From Octopus vulgaris (Eukaryota), in NCBI GenBank assembly GCA_951406725.2, contig OX597817.1, forward strand, positions 16,740,001-16,804,000: a stretch of 64,000 nucleotides of DNA, read 5' to 3'. Of the stretch, positions 27,266 through 39,644 are shown one piece after another (the stretch's first letter is position 1; each line of letters starts with the position of its first letter). A program made the position numbers and the translations under genes. The notes beneath the pieces were generated by a model, which worked only from the letters and a program-made list of their open reading frames with translations, had not been told where the DNA came from and made no database searches.

Positions 27266-27563
27266 ATAATTATATAATGGTGAGAGAATTAGATACTAAT
27301 TTATATATAATTAAGTATATCTAATTTAATAGTATATCTATTCTACACCAAGTGGCCTAGTGCTCCGAGAAACCTGGATTATTATAATATTTTACAATAT
27401 ATTATAATATTTTTACAAAATAAATATAAGAGAGTGGTCACTATATGGCTCACTCTAGCACCAGTTAATCCAAAAGGTTTCAACCACAAAAATACATGCT
27501 TCCCATGAAAGTTAGTACGATTGTTAGCTCACACGGACAGGGCAAATAAAAAATAACAAAATA

Positions 27564-27660
27564 CAGATTATTTTGGGACAATTGTTTCGCTATTAATGAA
27601 TTAAATGTAATTTTACTTACAATTAAAATCCACTTGTAGCTCTTCAGCCAAAACTATCTG
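27564..27660 (-). ncRNA. Type I hammerhead ribozyme (minus-strand copy)
   Basis: Reverse complement of 28459-28555. Confidence 0.85.
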
Positions 27661-28458
27661 GATGAAATCCACTTAATCACACGCCAGATTTTACCATAAC
27701 GATAAATACGCGTGTGGTTCAATTGATTACATCCGACGTTATAATTCAAATGCCCCAACTAACAGCGCGCCAAACTTTCACGGAAAACAAATACAGCATT
27801 TAGAAATAAATGCAGCATAATTATAATTAATTAATAAGGGTGAGAGAATTAGATACTAATTTAATAGTATATCTATTCTACACCAAGTGGCCTAGTGCTC
27901 CGAGAAACCTGGATTATTATAATATTTTACAATATATTATAATATTTTTACAAAATAAATATAAGAGAGTGGTCACTATATGGCTCACTCTAGCACCAGT
28001 AATTGTCCCAAAATAATCTGTATTTTGTTATTTTTTATTTGCCCTGTCCGTGTGAGCTAACAATCGTACTAACTTTCATGGGAAGCATGTATTTTTGTGG
28101 TTGAAACCTTTTGGATTAACTGGTGCTAGAGTGAGCCATATAGTGACCACTCTCTTATATTTATTTTGTAAAAATATTATAATATATTGTAAAATATTAT
28201 AATAATCCAGGTTTCTCGGAGCACTAGGCCACTTGGTGTAGAATAGATATACTATTAAATTAGTATCTAATTCTCTCACCCTTATTAATTAATTATAATT
28301 ATGCTGCATTTATTTCTAAATGCTGTATTTGTTTTCCGTGAAAGTTTGGCGCGCTGTTAGTTGGGGCATTTGAATTATAACGTCGGATGTAATCAATTGA
28401 ACCACACGCGTATTTATCGTTATGGTAAAATCTGGCGTGTGATTAAGTGGATTTCATC

Positions 28459-28555
28459 CAGATAGTTTTGGCTGAAGAGCTACAAGTGGATTTTAATTGT
28501 AAGTAAAATTACATTTAATTCATTAATAGCGAAACAATTGTCCCAAAATAATCTG
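28459..28555 (+). ncRNA. Type I hammerhead ribozyme
   Basis: Stem I cagatagttttgg/ccaaaataatctg; CTGAAGA 28472-28478; stem II gcta/tagc with long AU-rich extension; GAAA 28531-28534; palindromic ACAATTGT stem III; GTC triplet 28540-28542. Confidence 0.88.
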
Positions 28556-28892
28556 TATTTTGTTATTTTTTATTTGCCCTGTCCGTGTGAGCTAACAATC
28601 GTACTAACTTTCATGGGAAGCATGTATTTTTGTGGTTGAAACCTTTTGGATTAACTGGTGCTAGAGTGAGCCATATAGTGACCACTCTCTTATATTTATA
28701 TTATATATATATATATATATATATGTATATGTGGAGAGATAGATAGATACGTACATACATATATATATAGATTCATACACACACGCATACATATGCAACA
28801 CACACACACACACACTCAGTGTATAATACACCAACATTCACATTAATTTTGAAATTGTTACTAATTCTGATCTTCGATTTCTTTTAAAACAG

Positions 28893-30265
28893 GTTTTACG
28901 TGTCCCACCCCAATTGGGATATATACCGACCCAACGTCTTGTGAGCATTTTTACTTGTGTGCTAACGGAAGGGGTTTTCGTCAGAAATGTCCATTTGGCT
29001 TGATATTCGACGGTGTCGTGTGTAACTGGAAAAAAGACAACAGTTGTACTCCGACTTGGAAGAGTAGTTTGCGGGATGGAATCAATATTGATACGAAACC
29101 GAACGATCCTAGTCGTAGATCACGAGTTGTGTCGCCGAAAAAGAGCTCGGAGAAGCTAGTTCCATCGACTACAGACGAACATCAGCGAAATCAGGATGGT
29201 GTTAGTTTGCTAACGAGTACGGAGGGAAACCGAATAACTGATGAGTTTGAGAGGAATAGAAAGCAGATGCGTAATAAGTCAGATCAAAGTACTGAAATGG
29301 GGAATTTAACAGAAAATAATCAGGTACAACAGCAACGAAAAGGAAACTCTAATTTGGAACGGTCTAGAGAGGAAGAAAAAACAGTAATAGGAAAGGCAAA
29401 AGTTAAAAATGTAGAAAAAGCAGAAGAGGAAGGGAAGGAAAATAATGAAAACGATGGGAATAAAGCAAGAGGTAGATATTTAAAAGAATATCTGGCGAGA
29501 GAGGAAAAGCGACGAAAGTTTTTGAAAGAGTTGGAAAAGAAGAGATCAGAACTGTGGGAGAGACAGCAGCAATTGAGGAGAAAACTACTGAGGCAGCATC
29601 AACTGCAACAGAGAAAATTATTCATTCTGAGACAGAAACAGCAGCAGCAACTATTGCAGCAACGACAACAACTACAGCAATTGCAAGAAAAGAAGGAAGA
29701 CCAACAACAACAACATCAAAACGGATCAGTTCCACAATTTCAGCAACACGAAGGACACAAACAACACCAAGATCAACAACAACAACCACAACAAAAAGAA
29801 GAAGAAGAAGAACAACAACAACAACTGCAAAAAGAACAACAACAACTGCAAAAAGAACAACAATTGCTCGAAAATGAAGAACATCAGCGGCAGCAGCATC
29901 AACAGGAAGAACAAGAACAAAGCACAGCGAGGGACAGAAATCTGAAAGCCAATGAGATCAGGGATATCTGGAGTGAGTCTGACCAAAGTAACACGTCAAA
30001 GACAGCGTGGAAACCGAATTCCAGCAAAGGGCGTAGCCACTCAGAAAAGGGTTTGTATCCTTCTCTCTTTCATTCATCTGTCAGCAATCAGATTTTCCTC
30101 GTGAACCACCGAATTAAACCAAACTACACAGACGACAATATGGACGACGACGGTGGTTTCGTCAAGGACAGCCAAAACAGCAACAGTAATGCCAGCGAAA
30201 GCAACAATAATAACATTAATAGCAACGGTTTTAACAAGGCTGTAACTTCAGGAAACGCCAGATAG
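28893..30265 (+). CDS. Terminal exon of chitin-binding (CBM14) protein with long charged/Gln-rich low-complexity tail
   Basis: Acceptor tttcttttaaaacag (AG 28891-28892), phase 1. FTCPTPIGIYTDPTSCEHFYLCANGRGFRQKCPFGLIFDGVVCNWKKDNSC gives C-x12-C-x5-C-x9-C-x10-C-x7-C. Open frame to TAG 30263-30265. Confidence 0.9.
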
Positions 30266-30507
30266 AAAGTAAAAAAAAAATAATGAAAAGAAACTCCCAT
30301 GCGCGCACACACAGAGACACAGTCTCTCTCTCTCTCTCCCTGTCTCTCTCTCTCCTTGTCTCTCTCTCACATACACGCACACAAACACAAACACACACAG
30401 TGTGAATTCAATATCCTACAATTAAGAAACGACATATCTTATCTGATTTACATCTTCTACAATTTCGTCTGAGGAAGTGACATTTGTAAATAGCGGAAAA
30501 TAAGGGT

Positions 30508-30541
<34 letters not shown>

Positions 30542-30960
30542 GCGGCAACATTAAAGAACAACAGCTGCGCGGACTAAAGTTCCAGTTATTTTAACATTGA
30601 ATACACAACAGTGCTTCGATTATTGCATAAATATACCAATATACGAACTCATGTTAGTACAATTCGCAATTATTGTAGTAACTTATTTATTCCTGTGACC
30701 AAGAAGAATGATTAAAGAAAAGAAAGACAACAAATAATAAAATAAAAAACAAACAAACTGTGAACCATTAAACAGAAATATTAATTTGCTGTTTACACAT
30801 AATCTATGTAAATTTATAATATATTTTGTATATAACCAAAAATGGCATTCCAGTTCTTTCTGTTCTGGAGAATGATTAACCAGCTCTTCGAGAATATTGT
30901 TTCCATAAAATAGCTTTGTCATTTTCCTGTTGTAATAAAATACTGAAAATATTTTATACG
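30266..30960 (+). other. Probable 3' UTR with candidate AATAAA signals (30736, 30741, 30934)
   Basis: Transposon-poor stretch after the stop; true end unknown because AATAAA is common in AT-rich DNA. Confidence 0.4.
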
Positions 30961-32539
30961 ACCACCATTTTAAAACAAGTGTTTCTTTTGTCTTTATACA
31001 ATACGGCATCTGAATGTTATAGACCATAGAGTTCTTTGAGTGAACTATTTGAAATATAATTCTGTGGAATATGAACCTAAATTGCAGTAAGTTTTCATTT
31101 GCATTCTGCAAAAATGGAATTTCATTTCGATTTTTCTCAAAGTTTCGAGATCCCCACTTATGCTCTTTCGAGCTTATTGCCTTTCACTTCTCTTTTTCTG
31201 AAAAAAATATTTATTCTATTTCTATTGTAGAATATATTTGAAATAACATTATGAAATAAGATCGTGCCTGGGGTTTTGATTATCGAATTAATCACTTCAC
31301 TTTACTCAGAGCAACAGGAGTAAAATTTTGCTCTCAAACAAGAAATTAATGTTGTAAATTTTGACACAACAAACTTTTATACAAATGTTCTTGCTACCAA
31401 TTATTTGATATTTGATCCAAATCCTTAAATTAATGCTTAGTTCTCACTATCTAATCAATTGATTCAGTGTGATTTAATTTGATTATCTAGGAAGATTACA
31501 TGCTCTCAAAGTTTAGCTGTTTATCTTTCTTCTCTCATTAATTCTAATAAATGACAAATCAGTTTCTTTGCTTGCCTGTTTTCTTCTTCATATTTTATAG
31601 CCATTGATATTAAGTGCAATCTATAAACCAATTTTCTAATCTAAAGTTTAAATATTAGGCTAATCAGGCAGCCATATGGCATAAATAACTTTTTGATAAT
31701 ATATGTATCTGCATTCAGTATCATTTTTCCTGTCTAAACCATTACGAATTATTTCCTGTAATGATCTCTCAATATAAGGACGGTAAAATATTACAAGTAT
31801 ATAATAGTGCCGAGCATATAGAAATGATGGAGCACCATGTAAAATGTCTTACAGTGTCTTAAACATTCGATATCTCTCTATGATCTCAAGTCAAATCTCT
31901 CCAGAATTTAATTTGTCATTCGTCCCTTCGAGGCCAACGATACTTTGTCCGACAAAATTTTGTCTTATACACATCACATACGTCTAGATCAAATTAAACT
32001 GATTAGAAGTATTTGGGAAGGTCATTATTATCTTAATTATATTTAAAACTAGCAGTATAATGAAAACTAGTTCAATTGGGTTTTTAAAATCCTTATCTTT
32101 TCTTGTTTTATTTTGAAGGAAAGCATCCTTGAAATAAACGTATTTTCATAAACCCTACCATACTAATGCAACTGCTAAAACATGCAGCTGCAGTTTATTT
32201 CAAATAATCTTTAAAGCAAAAAAAAAAAGAAATCATTGGGGCTATGTTATCTTTAAGCTTCACAGAAACATCTGCTAAGTTATCTTTCGGAATATTTCAT
32301 AATCTCCTACTTCCCACCCATGTCTCACCAGAATCAAGCTGTGTCAAATATTTCATCCATCGAAAACAGTATGATATTTTCGTTTCCTATAAAATAGTAT
32401 TTTCTCTAAAACTGATAAAATTTCAACGACATGATTCATTTACAGTCTCACTTGCTGTTGTTGTTTAGCTTCAGGTCATTCGTGAACGAGCGGAACTATG
32501 ATCAAAAAGAGTTATAGCTATGATCATTCTGTCTTTTAG

Positions 32540-33067
32540 TATATCAGAGACTACAGCGTATAGAAAGTGCGTGTTTCCTTTCTTTAGGACGGTAGAACGT
32601 AATTTAAGTAAGATTTAGTTGAGAGTAGTGACTCTCCCAAGGGTTTATTGTCTTGTAGCGAAACTAAGCACATTAAGACACCAAATCTAGGTTCTTATAA
32701 CTAGAAAAAATATCACTATGTCGTATATTGGTCACAGCTCGACGTCTAGTATGATTGTCCTTCAATTTGATGTCTGTTGTGTGGAGAATATTGGGAACTC
32801 ACTTATATCAGAGACTACAGCATATAGAAAGTGTGTGTTTCCTTTCTTTAGGACGGTAGAACGTAATTTAAGTAAGATTTAGTTGAGTGTAGTGACTCTC
32901 CCAAGGGTTTATTGTCTTGTAGTGAAACTAAGCACATTAAGACACCAAATCTAGGTTCTTATAACTAGAAAAACTATCACTATGTCGTATATTGGTCACA
33001 GCTCGACGTCTAGTATGATTGTCCTTCAATCGGATGCCTGTGTTGATGAGAATATTGGGAACTCACT
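32540..33067. repeat. Tandem duplication, 2 x ~264 bp
   Basis: tatatcagagactacagc...gggaactcact starts at 32540 and 32804 with few differences. Confidence 0.92.
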
Positions 33068-33827
33068 TTTTGCTTACTTTTTTATGTCAACACGCAAGAA
33101 AAGTGGATACTTCCAATGCAAGGTTAGTAGTATTTGAATTTATTGCAGCAAATAAATCATTAGAAATAGCATTCGTTTGTATAGCAAGGTCTCATTCCTT
33201 TCTTTATTTCAACTACGAGTCAATGAGGCAGTCACTACTTGATTTATTTCTAAAGGAAAAACACAGATTCCTGAGAAGCTAGTAAGAGTCAGAATCAACG
33301 GTAATAAATCTATGGGTTTATTCAGTGTTAGTAAAGTCAGTAATTGAGAGGAGCAGAAAAAAAAGTCGACGTTTTAGAATAAGGACATTCAGCAGAGTCT
33401 GCTCAAGTGATGAATGGAACTATCGAAGGGTCTAAAACCTGATTTTAGCTCTACTCATACCTGACGGAAACAGAACGTTTTCGTGTTCAATTAACTTGTG
33501 CTGTTCTTATTATAGGCTTATCTTTTCCGTGGCACAACATGTTTCTGACAACTATCGGCATTCAAATTTCTTTTACGTTACATTTAATCTGTCTGATAGG
33601 TGACAGCAATGAATACGTTAACAGGACCTCAACATTATCAGTCTTTCTCATCAAATAACTCTCTTGCCGTGGAACTGGAATATCAGTTAGTGCAGAGCAA
33701 TAACGAGAAAAGAAAATAAACCACATGCCTTAAACCACACAAACACAGATCTATATATATGATAAAAACGTGGCACAGGAGGACGGCAAAAGGACATACT
33801 GGAAAAGCGGGAGAAAATATAGACATA

Positions 33828-34322
<495 letters not shown>

Positions 34323-34629
34323 AATGCACACAGACATACTCAGCCCCTCATTCAGTTATCGATAAAATATAATCACAATTTACACGCGCGTGCACTAATA
34401 TTCATGTCTACACACAGAGATATTCGTATAAATTATAACATACATATTGATACATATGATTCTAAAATGGCGGATAACTTTGCTTCAAACCCTATGTGGC
34501 CACTATACTGTCGCGTGACCTGCTAGAAATCGCAGTTATATCTCCTTCAAATTACGACCTACTATCTTAACAAGGAAAAGACACATTAGATGAGTGTTAT
34601 TCCTGGCATGCTTTTGATCAAATCACAAA

Positions 34630-34851
34630 ATCTGTCGGAGCCCAGGGAACAGTGAGCGAAAAACTCGAGAAGTACGTGGAACAAATAGGGGCTGCAATAA
34701 GGGTGGAGCACTTGCAGAAAACAGCACTGCTTGGGACCGCTCGAATACTCCGGAAGGTGCTCAAAAAATAAGAGGTGTTACCTTAGTTCACTGGTAGTGA
34801 ACAGATGACATTGTAATACATCTCTAGCGTTAGAAGCTGTCCAAAGGCAAC

Positions 34852-34852
<1 letters not shown>
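34630..34852 (+). mobile_element. 3' stub of R4/Dong-like LINE
   Basis: VGAQGTVSEKLEKYVEQIGAAIRVEHLQKTALLGTARILRKVLKK*, homologous to the C-terminus at 36120-36260; followed by (AAT)n. Confidence 0.8.
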
Positions 34853-34912
<60 letters not shown>

Positions 34913-34921
34913 GAATAATAA

Positions 34922-34952
<31 letters not shown>

Positions 34953-34954
34953 TA

Positions 34955-36354
34955 ACAAATGAAAGAGAAAATAAAAAAAGAATATTATAGACGAGTTAGA
35001 TCAATACTAAAAACAGAGTTCAATGCTAAAAACAAGATAATAGGTATCAACACTTTAGCTGTCCCAGTTATAAGTTACAGCTACAATATTCTTAACTGGA
35101 CACGAAATGAACTGTCCAAAATAGATAGGAAAACAAGAAAAATACTGACAGGATCTAGGATGCATCACCCAAAATCTGACATAGAAAGACTATATATACA
35201 ACGTATAGAAGGTGGTAGAGGCCTTATACAGCTGGAAAACTACTATAAAATAACCACCATAGGACTGCAAAAATACCTACTTCAGAAGGAAGGAAAACTG
35301 ATCCAGATAGCAGCAAAACACGAGCAAAACAAAAAACTGTTCTCAGTATTTAAGGAAGCTGACAAATACAAACAAGAAATCATACCACCTAATAAACACA
35401 AAGAAGAAGAAGATGATGAAGAAACAACAAAAGCTATAAAACAAATGAAATCCAAACTAAAAATAGAACAGCAACGAGCCATGATAAAACGATGGCAAGA
35501 AAAGCCCCTTCATGGTAAATACTGCACTAAACTAAACGCAAAAGAAATAGACAAAGAAAAATCCCAGTAATGGTTGAGAAGCTCAGGACTCAAAGCAGAA
35601 ACAGAGGGATTTTTAATTGCAGCACAAAACCAAAGCCTCCCCACCAGAAATTACCAAAAACATGTAATGAAAAGAAATATTACAAGTAACTGCAGAATAT
35701 GTGGAGATGGACAAGAAACAATAAATCATATTATCTCTAGCTGCCCAGTCCTGGCTAAGAAGGAATATATTCACAGACATGACAGAGTTGGAACCTACAT
35801 ACATTGGAAGCTATGCCAACATTATGGAATAACAACAGAAAAAAGATGGTATAGGCACACACCAGAAAAGGTCACAGAAAACGAGAAAGCAACCATACTC
35901 TGGGATATGCCGATACACACAGATAGAGAAATTAAGGCCAACAGACCAGATATAGTTGTCAGAGATCATGAAGAAAAAAAATGCTTTCTAATTGATGTAT
36001 CAATACCGGCAGATGACAACGTGTCTCTAAAAGAAATGGAGAAACTCTCAAAATACAAAGACCTGGAAATAGAGGTAACTAGAATGTGGAACCTGAAAAC
36101 AGAAACAATTCCTATCATAGTAGGTGCATTAGGCATGATAAAAAAATATTCAGACAAATACATAACAAAAACACCAGGACTTACAAACACATATAACATA
36201 CAGAAAATTGCACTACTAGGCACTGCACACATCCTACGCAGAACACTTTCCATACAATAACCATCAGAGCATCACAACAAATCACAGCACATACCCAAGG
36301 CACACAGAGCTGCGCTCGGTAGTGAAGTGAAAGCACGCTATAAAAATAAAACTA

Positions 36355-36360
<6 letters not shown>
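34955..36360 (+). mobile_element. 5'-truncated R4/Dong-like non-LTR retrotransposon (RT C-terminus, CCHC knuckle, REL endonuclease)
   Basis: GGRGL motif; CRICGDGQETINHIISSC; RHD; RPDIVV...LIDVSIP...EKLSKY; one in-frame TAA at 35568-35570; (AAT)n on both sides. Confidence 0.92.
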
Positions 36361-36407
<47 letters not shown>

Positions 36408-36450
36408 TAATAATAATAATGATAATGATGATGATAATGATAATAATAAT

Positions 36451-36956
36451 ATTGTTTTGCCTGGAAGTGTTATCATGTACATTGTTTTGTCTTGGTATAA
36501 AAGATGGGCTACAGCAAATATTCTGCTCAATACCACAGATTTGCTTGTCAGTTGCTTGACTTTAACCCGTTGAGCATGTTCCTTAGTGGCTGACGATATG
36601 TGCATCTCTGATCACGAGTAGAGGTAGTGGGGGAGCATCATAGCCATGTGTTGAGAGGGATTCTTTGGGGTTTGAATAATTCATCTCTGGAAATATGGGT
36701 GTTTCATCCTTAAACAACCTTTATTCAGGGACCTTTTGAGCGGGATGGGTTACTCGACCAGAAGAAAATTCTAACTGGGCCCCACCTGCAAGGCCATGCG
36801 CTGTTTATCTTGATATGAGATCACCATGTCGCGCACATATGGTTGTGATGCATGTGCCGAGTGTACCCTTATCAGACGGGTAGTCATGATTGGTATACTG
36901 GGCTTCGTATATTTTACTCCAGTGTCACTTTGATGACATGCACTGCTCTCTTACTC

Positions 36957-36957
<1 letters not shown>
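36451..36957 (+). mobile_element. Probable 3' UTR fragment of another (AAT)n-tailed retroelement
   Basis: Higher-GC non-coding block bounded by (AAT)n on both sides; family not identified. Confidence 0.45.
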
Positions 36958-37014
<57 letters not shown>

Positions 37015-37181
37015 GTGAAAAATTACATCAGATAATTTATATTCAAAAAGGAGCTACATGTCTTCTGGTCTGATCAAATCTCTATAAATAGCTTTAAAAA
37101 ACAAAGCATAGCTATAAAACAAAGCATAAAGCGATAGTAACAATATTGATTAATGTCTAAAAAAATATAATATATATTACT

Positions 37182-37577
37182 CTAGCAGTATCGCCCGGCG
37201 TTGTTCGGGTTTGTAAGGGAAATAACTATATAAGCATTTTTAGAGATGTAAAGTATAATAGCCATCTCAATATGGCTAACCACAAAGGGGGGGGGCGGTG
37301 TTACTGTAGCTTTTTACGTTCTGAGATTTAATAAATTTTTAGAGAGTTACTTCCCTTGTATATGCCAACAATGCATTAAAAATGGGAAAAATTGATGGTA
37401 ATTTTTTTTTTTAAATCGTAGACTCATCGTAGACGCGCGCTACTACCCAGAAGGGCTCGATATGGATCACGACTATAAGATACCCGGTTTTGGTTAAACT
37501 GCACCGCAAAATGTGGGAGTAGTTAGGAATCTAAATCGTTGGAGACAGACACACAACTTGACTTTTATATATAAAGA
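37182..37577 (-). mobile_element. Non-autonomous Helitron
   Basis: Minus strand TC...cccgaacaacgccggg hairpin...CTAG; same family as 48206-48600. Confidence 0.82.
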
Positions 37578-37790
37578 TAAGTCAAGATTAGGATAAATCC
37601 TATCGGTCTCTTATTCATAAACCTCTGTTGTTGTTGTTGTTGTTTAGTTCCAGATCATACCTCACTGAGCAGTCCTATCAAAAGTATTACAGCAGTGAAT
37701 ACCTCGTGCATTGTAAGGCAACATACATCAAAGAATATACTATACTGTAGTATATTCTTTACAATACACGAGGTATTCACTGCTGTAATA

Positions 37791-37983
37791 CTTCCCAAAC
37801 TTTTTAGAGTCGCGACCCACTATTTATCACACCAGTTTATGACGACCCACTCAACTCTACTGAACTATCTCGATAGACAGCAGTTAATCAAAGCTAATGC
37901 GTAATTTTATAACTTTTTGCGACCCACTAAGATTCCGCTCGCGACCCATCTGTGGGTCGTGACTCATAGTTTGGGAACCACTG
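37791..37983. mobile_element. hAT (Charlie-like) MITE with damaged left end
   Basis: Right TIR gtttgggaaccactg, left remnant ttcccaaac, repeated gacccac subterminal motifs. Confidence 0.7.
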
Positions 37984-38592
37984 TACTACACAATGTGTCA
38001 TTCTCCTTTTAAGATGAGTAGGTGTACTTTTGTTGGAGATGTGGATACAGAGGGTCGATAACAATGGCATGTTTCTGAAAGAAAAGAACCCCAATAAATA
38101 TCTAGAATTAAACGTTAAAAATAAAAATTAAATAAAGATACACGAAAATTACTTGTTCTCTTCAACCGCATTAAAAATATATATTGTCTTATTCAGTATT
38201 GTATCATACACTGCTATCACATACTTCATTGGTCTTTGAACATCGGGTACTTGGAAAGAAATTACACTGAATATAGACAAAGATAATTTTTTTAAAGGCC
38301 TAACATACCTGAATGTTGAGAACGTTGAATAGAAGTGTTAAAACACAGTAAACACCAACTTAGTGAGTCATTGCCTGGCACTTATTGGTGAAACACATAC
38401 TTGGAGAAACACTCAAGATATCTCGAGACGACATTATTGTGAGTTCGTTAAACAAAAGAGTTCTGTAAAGTAATTAGATATAAAATTATCAAATAATGCT
38501 GTGTTAAAGTATATTTAAAGATATAGCGATATAGACTGTAAAGAGAGACGATATGTGGTAAGTATACTTTAAAAATTCGATCGTTTTGGCGT

Positions 38593-38985
38593 TGCAATGG
38601 ATGGGAAGCACTCCGTCGGTTACGACGACGAGGGTTCCGGTTGATCGGCGATCAACGGAACAGCCTGCTCGTGAAATTAACGTGTAAGTGGCTGAGCATT
38701 CCACAGACACGTGTACCCTTAACGTAGTTCTCGGGGATATTCAGCGTGACACAGAGAGTGACAAGGCTGGCCCTTTGAAATACAGGTACAACAGAAACAG
38801 GAAGTAAGAGTGAGAGAATGTTGTGGTGAAAGAGTACAGCAGGGATCACCACCATCCCCTGCCGGAGCCTCTTGGAGCTTTAGGTGTTTTCGCTCAATAA
38901 ACACTCACAACGCCCGGTCTGGGAATCGAAACCGCGATCCTATGACCGCGAGTCCGCTGCCTTAACCACTGGCCCATTGTGCCTC
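38593..38985 (-). mobile_element. tRNA-derived SINE family C, full length
   Basis: Head gaggcacaatgggccagtggttaaggcagcggactcgcggtc...gtttcgattcc with boxes A and B; distinct 3' body. Confidence 0.88.
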
Positions 38986-39644
38986 TTACATCATTGCAAT
39001 ACTTCCTACATCATTAGTATTTGTTCCTTTTCTCACAGCAACCCTACGCCAAAAACAAAACAAAAATCAAAAGCAAAAACAAAAAAAAAAACACGCTGGC
39101 TCCTGGTGCCTCTAGTACTGCTGCATTTTATGTAATAAAAGTTTGAGGCAAGACGCTGATACGAGACTCCTACTACTTCCGTTGTTATTGTAATCAAACT
39201 TCTGGTCACGAGGATTGAATCCATTGGTGGATTTAAACGCAGTATTGTCACACAATGAACCCTCATTTACTGTGCTCACTTTCAATAACTGTATTGTATA
39301 GTGGTATTTGTGCTTTCCTCCCCATTGGGCAATTGTTGGTAATATTCAATACAATGGGAAGGTCACAAGAAATAGTTGAGCGACATCTGTATCTTTTATT
39401 ACTACATTTACAGCTAACACACACACATATATTGCCATAGCGTTGTATCGTTTTTATTCACAGCAAGCCAAGTCTGTGGCCCGCTACAATTCCCGATCCT
39501 TGTTGGGGTTATTTTGATACTTTTACTTCGCAAATGCCCAATTGCCAAAAGTACGCAGCTTATTGTGCTTCAAGCATTATCAATCATTGTATCCTACACG
39601 AAGCAGTATAAAAGATACACTTTCTTACTATCTTTCAAGATATT

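Larger units (their letters stand above)
27279..28699. mobile_element. Non-coding hammerhead retroelement (retrozyme-like or Penelope pLTR-like), 535-bp unit, partial tandem copies in two inverted arms
   Basis: Period 535 in both arms (27321 vs 27856; 28001 vs 28536). Left arm 27279-28000 is minus-sense, right arm 28001-28699 plus-sense. No long ORF. Flanked by (AT)n. Confidence 0.85.

Noticed and set aside
29554-29986. Overlapping Thr-rich and Leu/Phe-rich ORFs
   Set aside because: Alternative frames of the CAA/GAA-rich coding exon.
30683-31111. 142-aa minus-strand ORF
   Set aside because: Non-ATG start, AT-rich, no recognisable motif, antisense to the probable 3' UTR.
38900-38985. tRNA-like sequences (also 3590-3673, 12191-12260 and in the trimer)
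   Set aside because: Boxes A and B present but no convincing acceptor stem, and each runs into a SINE body; SINE heads, not tRNA genes.
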